Source: Desulfurococcales archaeon
Lineage (GTDB): Archaea > Thermoproteota > Thermoprotei_A > Sulfolobales > Acidilobaceae
Length of the DNA: 47,740 nucleotides
NCBI GenBank assembly: GCA_027012045.1
Contig: JALUZI010000235.1
Span: 1 to 47,740, forward strand
Direction of reading: 5' to 3'
Position numbers and translations under genes: made by a program
The notes under the pieces: generated by a model
Database searches by the model: none
The model's input: the letters and a program-made list of their open reading frames with translations, nothing else
What the model was told of the DNA's origin: nothing
Part shown: in pieces, positions 36,332-44,624 of the stretch
How the letters are laid out: every line of letters begins with the position of its first letter
Numbering within the stretch: the stretch's first letter is position 1

Positions 36332-37684
36332 TTGAAAGCACATCCTTGGATGCCTAACTCTTCCCCGGAAACGGTAAAGAGGATGCTTGAAAAGTTGGGG
36401 ATAAAGGATCCGTTAGAACTATTCAACGATATTCCAGAGCAGATAATTCTAGATGAACAGGCAGTATATCCCCTGGGTAAGCCCCTGGCCGAGTGGGAGG
36501 TTAAAGAACTCGTTGAGTCAAAGCTCCATAAAAATAAGATTTATCCTCCGAATAGAATATTCCGGCCTCCGTGCCCGCACATAACTCCAGCTCTGGTTAG
36601 ACACATTATGGGCCGATCGGAGTTCTACACGGCTTATACGCCGTACCAGCCTGAAATATCTCAGGGCCTGCTTCAGGCTTTCTTCGAGTACCAGAGCATG
36701 GTGGCAGACCTGTTTGACATGGATGTCGTTAACGCGTCACACTACGATGGAGCCACAGCCCTCGCCGAGTCCATTCTAATGAGTTTCCGCGTCAAGAAAA
36801 AGTATAGAGTTATCATGGACGAGTACATAGATCCCTCGTATAGAGCGGTAGTTGAAACCTACCTATACGGCATAGGAGGAAAAGCGACTTATGTTAGAAA
36901 TCTAGAGGAGGAGCGTTTAAAAGAGGAGCTTGAGAATGGAGATGTCGCTGCTGTTGTAGTTGACAACCCCACTTTTACAGGAAGGCTGAGGGAGAATCTG
37001 GAAAGCTTGGTTGACATTACACACAACCATGACGCTCTCGTCGTAAGCCTGGTGGACCCACTGTCTCTTGGAATAATAAAGCCACCGGGAGAATACGGCT
37101 CAGATATAGCGGTGGGTGAAGGCAGGTCCCTAGGACTCGGCCTTAACTACGGTGGATACGGCCTTGGAATAATCGCGGCTAAATGGGATTCAAAGCTTGT
37201 TAGACAAATGCCTGGCAGGATAATAGGTTTAGGAGAGGATTTAGATGGGAACCCAGCATACCTCATGATACTTCAGACGAGGGAGCAGCATATAAGGAGG
37301 GAGCGTGCAACGAGTAATATAACTACAAATGAAGCCCTAACTACCATAGGAGCCGCGGTTTTCATGGCGTTACTCGGCAGGAACGGGTTCATCGAGCTGG
37401 GAGAGTCTATACTGAAGAAGACGGCTTATCTTAGGATGCTCCTATCGAAGCTTGACAGTGCTGATGTACCCGGTGAAGGCTATTATTTCGGGAGAACCCC
37501 TGTCCACTTCCATAAATCCTATATGACCGTGGAGAAGGAACTGTTGGAGAAAGGGTTCCTACCCGGGTTAGACTTGTCTAGATACTGGGCAGATATGAAG
37601 GACAAGGCATTGTTCTGTGTGAGCGAAGTGCATTCCAAGAAAAGCATTGAAGAACTCGTGGAGAGATTGGAGGAGGTGGCTTGA
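36332..37684 (+). CDS. gcvPA: Glycine dehydrogenase (decarboxylating) subunit 1 (GcvPA)
   Basis: TTG start. HPWMPNS..E....L..LG, YTPYQPEISQGLLQAFFEYQSMV. Confidence 0.92.
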   Translation: MKAHPWMPNSSPETVKRMLEKLGIKDPLELFNDIPEQIILDEQAVYPLGKPLAEWEVKELVESKLHKNKIYPPNRIFRPPCPHITPALVRHIMGRSEFYTAYTPYQPEISQGLLQAFFEYQSMVADLFDMDVVNASHYDGATALAESILMSFRVKKKYRVIMDEYIDPSYRAVVETYLYGIGGKATYVRNLEEERLKEELENGDVAAVVVDNPTFTGRLRENLESLVDITHNHDALVVSLVDPLSLGIIKPPGEYGSDIAVGEGRSLGLGLNYGGYGLGIIAAKWDSKLVRQMPGRIIGLGEDLDGNPAYLMILQTREQHIRRERATSNITTNEALTTIGAAVFMALLGRNGFIELGESILKKTAYLRMLLSKLDSADVPGEGYYFGRTPVHFHKSYMTVEKELLEKGFLPGLDLSRYWADMKDKALFCVSEVHSKKSIEELVERLEEVA

Positions 37685-37685
37685 C

Positions 37686-39209
37686 GTGGAGTGGAGACAG
37701 GCAGTTTGGAGGGAGCAGTTGATATATGAGTATTCATCGAAGGGTAAAACAGGCATCTTAATAACCGATGATTTAAAGGAAATGGATACAGACCTCCCTG
37801 AAACAGTTAAAAGGAAAAGCAAACTGGAACTCCCTGAGGTGTCCGAGGTAGAGGTCGCGAGGCACTATACCAGGCTTAGCCAAATGTCGTACGGGGTCGA
37901 TTTAGGCCCGGTGCCGCTCGGCAGCTGTACGATGAAATACAACCCTAAAATCAACGAAGACCTAGCTAGCTCTGAAAGAGTCACAATGCTTCACCCCCTA
38001 CAGCCCATGGAGGATGTTCAGGGAATACTGGAGATAATGTACGATCTACAGCAAATGCTTGCATACATAACTGGAATGGACGCCTGCTCCTTGTCTATAC
38101 CAGCGGGCGCCTCGGGAGAACTTGCTGGAGCACTTATGATAAAGAAATACCACAGGGAAACAGGCGGAGAGAACCGTGACGAGATGATTATCCCCGACTC
38201 TGCTCACGGAACAAACCCTGCGAGCGCCCGCATGGCTGGTTTCAAGGTAATTACAATACCATCCAATAATAATGGAACTGTGGATTTGGATGCGTTAAAG
38301 AGCGTTGTAGGTGATAGAACAGCAGGTATAATGTTGACGAACCCGAATACACTCGGCTTGTTCGAGAGAGACATACTTGAAATAGCGAACATCATACACA
38401 GTGCTGGAGGCAAATTGTACTATGATGGTGCCAATCTAAACGGCATACTGGGAATCGCTAGGCCTGGAGATATGGGTTTCGATATAGTCCACATAAACCT
38501 GCATAAAACCTTCTCGACACCTCACGGAGGAGGAGGTCCTGGAGGCGGGGCCGTATGCGCTAAAGGCGAAATGACCGATTACCTCCCCAGACCTATTGTT
38601 AGAAAAGATGAAAAAGGCTACTACATGGACTTCACTTGCTCCAAGTGTATAGGTAGGCTTCACTCGTTCTATGGAAACATACCTGTAGACGTCAAGGCAT
38701 ACGCTTATATTAAGTCTCTAGGAGGAGAGGGCCTTAGAAAAGTCGCCATAACCAGCACGTTAAACACGAATTACTTCATAAAACTCATCGAGAAATCCGG
38801 GGGATACAGCATACCCTACGACCCGAGGGCTCCTCGGAAACACGAGGTTGTAATCAGCGCAGAGCCACTAAAAGAGAAATATGGGATAACAGCGGATGAC
38901 GTTGCTAAATACTTACTGGACAACGGGTTCTACGCTCCAACCATATACTTCCCCCTGATTGTAAAGGAGGCACTGATGATAGAGTTCACTGAAAGCGAGA
39001 CACTCGAAAACATAGAGGAGTATGCTAGAATACTAGAAGAAATAGAGGAAATAGCTAAGGAGAATCCTAGCTTAATCAAAGAATCCCCTAGGAACACTGC
39101 TGTGAGAAGAATAAAGGCTGCCGAGGCCAATAAACCAAAGAATATCATCCCCACATATAGAGTTCTAAGAAGGAAGAAACTAGGAGTAAAAGGATATGAG
39201 AAGTTGTAG
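37686..39209 (+). CDS. gcvPB: Glycine dehydrogenase (decarboxylating) subunit 2 (GcvPB)
   Basis: GSCTMKYNPK, PDSAHGTNPASA and NLHKTFSTPHGGGGPG (PLP lysine). I prefer the GTG at 37686, directly after the gcvPA stop, over the track start at 37647. Confidence 0.92.
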   Translation: MEWRQAVWREQLIYEYSSKGKTGILITDDLKEMDTDLPETVKRKSKLELPEVSEVEVARHYTRLSQMSYGVDLGPVPLGSCTMKYNPKINEDLASSERVTMLHPLQPMEDVQGILEIMYDLQQMLAYITGMDACSLSIPAGASGELAGALMIKKYHRETGGENRDEMIIPDSAHGTNPASARMAGFKVITIPSNNNGTVDLDALKSVVGDRTAGIMLTNPNTLGLFERDILEIANIIHSAGGKLYYDGANLNGILGIARPGDMGFDIVHINLHKTFSTPHGGGGPGGGAVCAKGEMTDYLPRPIVRKDEKGYYMDFTCSKCIGRLHSFYGNIPVDVKAYAYIKSLGGEGLRKVAITSTLNTNYFIKLIEKSGGYSIPYDPRAPRKHEVVISAEPLKEKYGITADDVAKYLLDNGFYAPTIYFPLIVKEALMIEFTESETLENIEEYARILEEIEEIAKENPSLIKESPRNTAVRRIKAAEANKPKNIIPTYRVLRRKKLGVKGYEKL

Positions 39210-39232
39210 GCAATCAATAAAAACCCAGCAGG

Positions 39233-39241
39233 TTAAATAAA
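39233..39241 (+). promoter_or_regulatory. TATA box candidate for the tRNA-Leu/tRNA-Val transcription unit
   Basis: TTAAATAAA begins 24 nt upstream of the tRNA-Leu 5' end, matching the usual archaeal TATA-to-start spacing. There is no comparable element in the 21-nt spacer before tRNA-Val. Confidence 0.5.
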
Positions 39242-39256
39242 GGGATTCAAGGACGA

Positions 39257-39344
39257 GCGGGGGTGCCCGAGCCTGGTCAAAGGGGTCGGGCTGAGGACCC
39301 GATGGCGTAGGCCTGCGTGGGTTCAAAGCCCACCCCCCGCACCA
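39257..39344 (+). tRNA. tRNA-Leu (anticodon GAG), class II with a long variable arm; 3' CCA is genomically encoded
   Basis: Hand-folded. Acceptor GCGGGGG/CCCCCGC. Anticodon stem TCGGG/CCCGA with loop CTGAGGA. Variable arm TGGCGTAGGCCTGC. T arm GTGGG-TTCAAAG-CCCAC. Discriminator A, then CCA. Confidence 0.9.
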
Positions 39345-39365
39345 TAACACAACCCAAGACTGGGT

Positions 39366-39488
39366 GGGCCCGTCGTCTAGCCTGGTTAGGACGCCGCCCT
39401 TACATGGGGTCCAAGGCCACAATGAACCAGCGCCTTGGACGTCTAGGACAGGCGGAGGTCCGGGGTTCAAGTCCCCGCGGGCCCACCA
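39366..39488 (+). tRNA. tRNA-Val (anticodon UAC) with a 45-nt intron at the canonical 37/38 position (intron 39405..39449); 3' CCA encoded
   Basis: Hand-folded. Acceptor GGGCCCG/CGGGCCC. D arm GTCT..GGAC. Anticodon stem CCGCC (39394-98) / GGCGG (39451-55). Loop C-T-TAC-A, then the intron, then A38. T arm CGGGG-TTCAAGT-CCCCG. Discriminator A. The mature length is 75 nt without CCA. Confidence 0.85.
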
Positions 39489-39528
39489 AATCTAAATCCT
39501 AATTATATGGCTCCATAGAACCCGCGTG

Positions 39529-39891
39529 TTAATCGCTACTTTTCTGGCTGGACTCTTCGTTCGAGTCGATTAATTGGACTCGAGTAACTGTTCTTGTCTC
39601 CTCGTCGTATTCAGCTATTACATAGGGGTATCTTGTCCTAGTGACCCAGTATACTTTGATGACAGGATGCGTTTCTTCTATTTGTACTTTAACGTTTCTA
39701 TGTGATTCGATGAACTCTTTGACTGTTGGATTGTTCATTGTTTCTCTTATTACGTGACTGTACCGGCTGAGTATTCTATTGGACTCTCTGAAGTTGATTA
39801 TTGTGTAGGCTAGTAGTATGACCAGGAAGGTGAATGCTATTAGTGATAGAGCCTGATAGTCCTGTAACGGGTTCATCCTTCTGTATGGCAC
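39529..39891 (-). CDS. Hypothetical membrane-anchored small protein
   Basis: 120 aa with a single N-terminal TM helix (LSLIAFTFLVILLAYTIINF) followed by a small soluble domain and an acidic/Ser-rich tail. No recognisable motif. Confidence 0.45.
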   Translation of the reverse strand: MPYRRMNPLQDYQALSLIAFTFLVILLAYTIINFRESNRILSRYSHVIRETMNNPTVKEFIESHRNVKVQIEETHPVIKVYWVTRTRYPYVIAEYDEETRTVTRVQLIDSNEESSQKSSD

Positions 39892-40062
39892 CCGTGTAAC
39901 CTTTTCTTTAATAATAGTTTTATAGGTGTTGCGGGGAGATTACAGTTATAATTCTCATGTATAGTTATATTTAGATTACTGGATAGTTAACCTTATAACA
40001 GAACATTTTAACTGGGAGTAGATTTAAATAATCCCTAGTAACTCTTCCTTGCGAAGGGTATT

Positions 40063-41493
40063 ATGGGATCCGGCTCAAACTGGGCGGAGAACGAGCATCC
40101 CGAGCTCAAACCCATTCCTGAAAACGAAAGGCCTTATGGAACACTGACATTCTGGTTCATGATGTTCTCGATGAACACGTGCATACCAATGTTCTTCCTA
40201 GGACCCATAGCTAGAAGCCTGAACCTGACGCCTCTAGAGGCAGCTGTAGGGGCGTTAATAGGTAACATAGCAGCGACAATCGTAATGATCCTGAATGGTT
40301 ATCCTGGATGGAAGTATGGTATACCATTCCCAGTACAGCTAAGGCCTTCCTTCGGTAAGAGAGGGATCCACCTGCCAGTGCTTCTCAGGGGGATAGTTGG
40401 AGCTGGCTGGCTCGGGGTCGAGGCCTACGGAGGCTCGTTGGCCATAACAATGATAGCATTATGGGCCTTAGGAATTGATAGAACTACCGTTGTTGGAGAG
40501 GCCTACAAGTATGTCGTAATAGCCCTAATAGCATACATAGCCCTAGCCATTATAGTAACGTCGAAGGGCCTCAAGGGAATAGGCTACGTCGCTAACTATG
40601 GAGGGCCACTGCTACTACTGTACTTCCTCTGGCTACTCCTGTTCTTACACGGGAAAAACATCAACATAACACTACCTGCTGGTGTAGGACTAGGCAGTGC
40701 GGCTTTCATAACCTATGTCGCCGTGCAAACCAACTGGTGGGCTACTGTAGCGTTGAACATATCCGACTTATCCAGAGGTCTCCGGAAAAACAAGACAACA
40801 CTTTGGGGAGGACTTGTAGGAGGACCGATAATCGGAATAGTCCTCGCCCAAGTCTTCGGTACACTGCTAGGATACTACCTAGTGCTTTACACCCAGGCCC
40901 TTTACGGGCAGGGCATAGTGACTCCTCAAGACATTGTAATGGTGGCAGCACCGGGGGCAATAGCGCTGGTTCTAGGAGAGCTCTTCGCGTTCCTCGCTCC
41001 ATTCTCGACCGATGTAACAGCGAACATACCTCCAATAATAGACATACTAACAGCGTCCTTCAAACTCTCAATAAAGAAAGCAGCCCTTATCGCCGGAGTG
41101 ATAGGCTTCATAATAGCTCCCTGGTGGGCAGTGGACAAAGGCCAGGACTACGTGAACTACGTCACCAGTTTCTCAGCTAACTATGGTGTTATACTCGGGC
41201 CTATAGCTGGAATAATGCTGGCGGACTACTATATAATAAGGAAGATGAAGTACACTGAAAGAGAGCTCTACTCTAATACTGGGATCAGGTGGCTGGAGGG
41301 AGTTAACTGGGCAGGAATCACGTCACTAGTACTAGCAATTGCCACTTCATACGTGTATAGCTGGCTGAGAGGGGAACTCCAGTCTGTAGGGTTCCTCGTG
41401 TTCCCCAGCCCGCTCAGCTGGTACATAGGGGTGGTGTCAGGCCTGGTCTACCAAGTGGTACTGTTTAAACTACTCTACAATCGGCCCACATGA
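40063..41493 (+). CDS. NCS1-family nucleobase/ureide:cation symporter (cytosine/purine/uracil/thiamine/allantoin permease family)
   Basis: 476 aa with about 12 hydrophobic helices. N-terminal L.PIPENERPYGTLTFWFMMFSMNTCIPMFFLG is typical of NCS1. The substrate is not inferable. Confidence 0.8.
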   Translation: MGSGSNWAENEHPELKPIPENERPYGTLTFWFMMFSMNTCIPMFFLGPIARSLNLTPLEAAVGALIGNIAATIVMILNGYPGWKYGIPFPVQLRPSFGKRGIHLPVLLRGIVGAGWLGVEAYGGSLAITMIALWALGIDRTTVVGEAYKYVVIALIAYIALAIIVTSKGLKGIGYVANYGGPLLLLYFLWLLLFLHGKNINITLPAGVGLGSAAFITYVAVQTNWWATVALNISDLSRGLRKNKTTLWGGLVGGPIIGIVLAQVFGTLLGYYLVLYTQALYGQGIVTPQDIVMVAAPGAIALVLGELFAFLAPFSTDVTANIPPIIDILTASFKLSIKKAALIAGVIGFIIAPWWAVDKGQDYVNYVTSFSANYGVILGPIAGIMLADYYIIRKMKYTERELYSNTGIRWLEGVNWAGITSLVLAIATSYVYSWLRGELQSVGFLVFPSPLSWYIGVVSGLVYQVVLFKLLYNRPT

Positions 41494-41502
41494 GTAACAC
41501 TG

Positions 41503-41508
41503 TTTTTT
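41503..41508 (+). terminator. Oligo-T tract, candidate archaeal terminator for the NCS1 gene
   Basis: TGTTTTTTAAG lies 10 nt after the stop codon at 41491-41493. Confidence 0.4.
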
Positions 41509-41532
41509 AAGTAAATACCAATGTGAACACTC

Positions 41533-41554
41533 GCCCGGATTAATTATTCCGGGC
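41533..41554. promoter_or_regulatory. 22-nt near-perfect palindrome upstream of carbamate kinase (operator or hairpin candidate)
   Basis: GCCCGGA-T-TAATTA-T-TCCGGGC. The 7-bp GC-rich arms flank an AT core that is itself TATA-like. It ends 32 nt before the arcC TTG start at 41587. Confidence 0.4.
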
Positions 41555-41586
41555 ACATAAACATTTCACTCCTAGGTGCGTTATTC

Positions 41587-42549
41587 TTGGCTAAGACGCT
41601 CGTAATAGCACTCGGGGGAAACGCTTTCCTAAGGAAAGGCCAGCCGAAAACCGTGGATCACCAGTGGAAAAACGTGATGCTAGCGGCCAAACAAATAGTA
41701 GACATCTACATGAAAGGATACAGGATCGTCGTAACACACGGCAACGGCCCTCAAGTTGGAATGATAATGGAATGGATGGAATCCCTGAAAGACAGGTATC
41801 CTCCTCTAACAATGGATATAGCGACCGCCATGACCCAGGGATGGCTCGGGTATATGCTGATGCAATCGATAGGTAATGAGCTTGAGAGCCGTGGCGTGGA
41901 TAGGAAGGTAGTATCCATTGTAAACCAGGTGCTTGTGGATAAGGATGACCCTGCTTTCAGTAACCCCACGAAGTTCATAGGAGGATACTACTCGAGGGAA
42001 GAAGCTGAAATGCTGAGTAAAGAGAAAGGGTGGATTATGAAGCCGGATCCTAGAGGAGGTTACAGGAGAGTGGTTCCTAGCCCGACCCCTATTAGGAACA
42101 TTGAGAGAGAGGCGATAACGCGTTTGCTGGAGGAAGAGTATATAGTGATAGCTAGTGGTGGAGGAGGGGTTCCAGTAGTTGAGGAGAACGGTATTCTCAG
42201 AGGAGTAGAGGCGGTTATCGACAAGGATCTAGCGTCTTCTATACTGGCTCAAAACATTTCTGCCGATGGCCTAGTAATAGCCACGGATGTTGAGGGAGTA
42301 TACTTGGATTATGGTACGAGTAAGCAACGTATAATAAGGCGGATAAGCGTTGATGAGTTAGAGAAGCTCTACGAGGAAGGATTGTTCCCGCCGGGAAGCA
42401 TGGGTCCCAAAGTTCGTGCCTGCATAGAGTTTGTTAAGAGAACGGGTAAGTGGGCGGTAATAGGGTCTCTAGAGAACCTGGAGGAGGCTATTACGGGGGA
42501 TGCGGGGACATATATCTACGCGGATCGTTCAGGCTCTTCGGTTCCGTAA
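41587..42549 (+). CDS. arcC: Carbamate kinase
   Basis: TTG start. LVIALGGNAF, VVTHGNGPQVG and IASGGGGVPV motifs; 320 aa. Confidence 0.92.
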   Translation: MAKTLVIALGGNAFLRKGQPKTVDHQWKNVMLAAKQIVDIYMKGYRIVVTHGNGPQVGMIMEWMESLKDRYPPLTMDIATAMTQGWLGYMLMQSIGNELESRGVDRKVVSIVNQVLVDKDDPAFSNPTKFIGGYYSREEAEMLSKEKGWIMKPDPRGGYRRVVPSPTPIRNIEREAITRLLEEEYIVIASGGGGVPVVEENGILRGVEAVIDKDLASSILAQNISADGLVIATDVEGVYLDYGTSKQRIIRRISVDELEKLYEEGLFPPGSMGPKVRACIEFVKRTGKWAVIGSLENLEEAITGDAGTYIYADRSGSSVP

Positions 42550-42893
42550 ACCATTCTTCTAACGGTTTTGGATCTATTATTGTATAGAACCTCCAGTAAC
42601 ACGGTGAACACTTCTTCTAGCCCAAGCCGGCCTGATAGATCTATGTAGTTATTCCCGATATTATGGAGTGCCGCCAGATGACTACAATGACTCTTCCTTC
42701 CCTCCCCCAATACTTGTATGAAGAACCCGTTGCACGAGCAAAAAGTGTCTTTTATCAGTACATAATCTTCGTCTTGCCCTAGGTAAACGAATATAGGGGG
42801 TTCATCCAGTATCCTCACGAATCTCCTGCCTGCTAGAGCTTCCCCCAGTTTAGCCCTGTCATTCTCGTCTAGCTGGCTCAGGGATCTCCTCAT
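42516..42893 (-). CDS. Small SWIM zinc-finger protein
   Basis: CSCNGFFIQVLGEGRKSHCSHLAAL fits the SWIM CxCx(n)CxH pattern. I prefer the ATG at 42893, directly after the rpiA stop, over the track start at 42983. Confidence 0.6.
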   Translation of the reverse strand: MRRSLSQLDENDRAKLGEALAGRRFVRILDEPPIFVYLGQDEDYVLIKDTFCSCNGFFIQVLGEGRKSHCSHLAALHNIGNNYIDLSGRLGLEEVFTVLLEVLYNNRSKTVRRMVYGTEEPERSA

Positions 42894-42894
42894 C

Positions 42895-43617
42895 CTAGAT
42901 ATTGTAACCTGCTCCACGAGACCTTGAGTGTTTTCTGACTTCTCCTCCACCTTTATCCCAGCCCACAACAACATAGTCCGCATAGCCTAGGAATAAACCT
43001 GTCTCAACCAACCCGGGTATACTTCTCAAGCGATCCTCTAAGCCGTACGGATCGCTTATAGGGCCAGTATACAAATCCATTATTACACCGCAGAAATCAC
43101 TTATAACAGGCCCGTCCTTGCCGCCGCTCCTGAAACTATAGTCATAACCCATGTCTCTAACTACCTTCTCCACAGTTCGAAGCATCCATCTATGAACCTC
43201 TATGGGAACAGGCTTCATAGAACCTAGTTTATCCACAATTTTAGACTCGTCCACGACAAATATGTTGACACGGGACTTGTACGCGAGCATCTTCTCTCCC
43301 AGTAAAGCGGCACCCCTACCCTTCACCATGTTACCATAAGGGTCAACCTCGTCTGCCCCGTCTATATAAGCATCTATAGTCTCGACAGTCATGGGGTCGG
43401 TCACAGCTATGCCTTTAGAAGACAGCTTCATTGCAGTGTCAATACTGCTAGGTACCACTATCTTATCATCCAGCATTCCCTGACTAACGAGCAAATCCAC
43501 TATAATAGAAACAGTGGAACCGGTACCCACTCCGATTATTCTAGCATCAGATAAAACTTCCTCGAATTCTTTGACAACTAGAGTTGCGGCCTCTTTTTTA
43601 CCCTTCTCTCCCACCAC
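42895..43617 (-). CDS. rpiA: Ribose-5-phosphate isomerase A
   Basis: IIGVGTGSTV, DGADEVD, KGRGAALLGEK and a C-terminal GLVETGLF. Confidence 0.92.
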   Translation of the reverse strand: MVGEKGKKEAATLVVKEFEEVLSDARIIGVGTGSTVSIIVDLLVSQGMLDDKIVVPSSIDTAMKLSSKGIAVTDPMTVETIDAYIDGADEVDPYGNMVKGRGAALLGEKMLAYKSRVNIFVVDESKIVDKLGSMKPVPIEVHRWMLRTVEKVVRDMGYDYSFRSGGKDGPVISDFCGVIMDLYTGPISDPYGLEDRLRSIPGLVETGLFLGYADYVVVGWDKGGGEVRKHSRSRGAGYNI

Positions 43618-43679
43618 TATGCACCTGGGGACACTCGAAAGAGGAGAATTACATGATTCAAAAAAGAATGCTTTACCTG

Positions 43680-44624
43680 TTACTTGCCGAGAAGGTCTCT
43701 CGCCGTTCCGCTAGGGTTAGGAGCTTTCTCCAACAGATCCAGCCAGGCCCATAGACGATCAATATATTCCTCTAGAATCTTCACATCGGAATCCTTGAGA
43801 TGCCTGAACCTGCCCTGGAGCTTAAGGTACTCCTTAAGCGGAACCCTCTTCTCCTTTACACGGTATAGCCTGCTGAAACTGCTTATCTTAAGCTTCCCGT
43901 TATGATACTCGAAGAGCGGCCACATCCCCGTTTTAACAGCAAGCTGGGCTATTTCAGGTGTTAGGCCGGGGTCGAACCTCCAGCCCACAGGGCATGGGGC
44001 ATGTAGATGTATGTACTTGAACCCCTTAACTGTAGCGGCTTTACGTAGCTTCTCAATGAAGTCCTGGGGGTACCCCACGCTAGCAGTGGCAACGTAAGGT
44101 ACGTCATGCGCGATCATAATGAAAGGCACGTTCTTCTTATGCTCCTTCTTACCAGTCCAAGTGGTTGTGGTCCATGCACCGTAGGGTGTGGCTCCGCTTC
44201 TCTGTATTCCTGTGTTCATGTAGGCTTCGTTGTCGACGCAGATGTAGATTATGTCGTCTCCCCTCTCAGCTGCCCCGCTCATGGCTTGTAGACCTATGTC
44301 AGCTGTGCCGCCGTCTCCAGCCCATACAACAACCTGGACATCATCACGGCCGAGCATCTCGAAGCCTGCTTTCATACCGGCTGCTGCCGAGGCTGCTGCT
44401 GCGAATACTATGTTGAGTATTGGGAAGTTAATGCCTGACTTTGGGGATATGCCTTGTATGACACTGCTACAGCCTGCTGGGATAACGAGTACAGCCTTGT
44501 CTCCAAGTGCCATTTTAACATATCTCAGACCCATAGTCTCGGGGCAACCGGGGCAAGCCGCGTTGCCGGGCATGTTGAAGTGTGTTCTGGGGAAATCACG
44601 TAGTTTGACCGGCATATGGATCAC
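43680..44624 (-). CDS. 2-oxoacid:ferredoxin oxidoreductase beta subunit (TPP-binding)
   Basis: CPGC near the N-terminus, the GDGGTADIG TPP motif, and CVDNEAYMNTG. POR versus VOR specificity cannot be decided from sequence alone. Confidence 0.88.
   Translation of the reverse strand: MIHMPVKLRDFPRTHFNMPGNAACPGCPETMGLRYVKMALGDKAVLVIPAGCSSVIQGISPKSGINFPILNIVFAAAASAAAGMKAGFEMLGRDDVQVVVWAGDGGTADIGLQAMSGAAERGDDIIYICVDNEAYMNTGIQRSGATPYGAWTTTTWTGKKEHKKNVPFIMIAHDVPYVATASVGYPQDFIEKLRKAATVKGFKYIHLHAPCPVGWRFDPGLTPEIAQLAVKTGMWPLFEYHNGKLKISSFSRLYRVKEKRVPLKEYLKLQGRFRHLKDSDVKILEEYIDRLWAWLDLLEKAPNPSGTARDLLGK

Noticed and set aside
39180-39502. Two tracked ORFs (39180..39470 minus, 39317..39502 plus) over the GC-rich stretch
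   Set aside because: They overlap two well-folded tRNA genes. Their openness is a by-product of GC-rich structured RNA sequence.
40737-41180. Alternative-frame ORFs on both strands inside the NCS1 permease gene (40737..41180, 40742..41035, 40926..41138)
   Set aside because: The permease frame gives a continuous 12-helix NCS1-like protein. The alternative frames are Arg/Ser/Pro-rich with no motifs.
39489-42549. A possible integrated element next to tRNA-Val (orphan ORF, permease, carbamate kinase)
   Set aside because: No integrase, transposase or partial duplication of the tRNA 3' end was visible. The genes are ordinary metabolic functions. It is kept only as a low-interest note under the orphan ORF.
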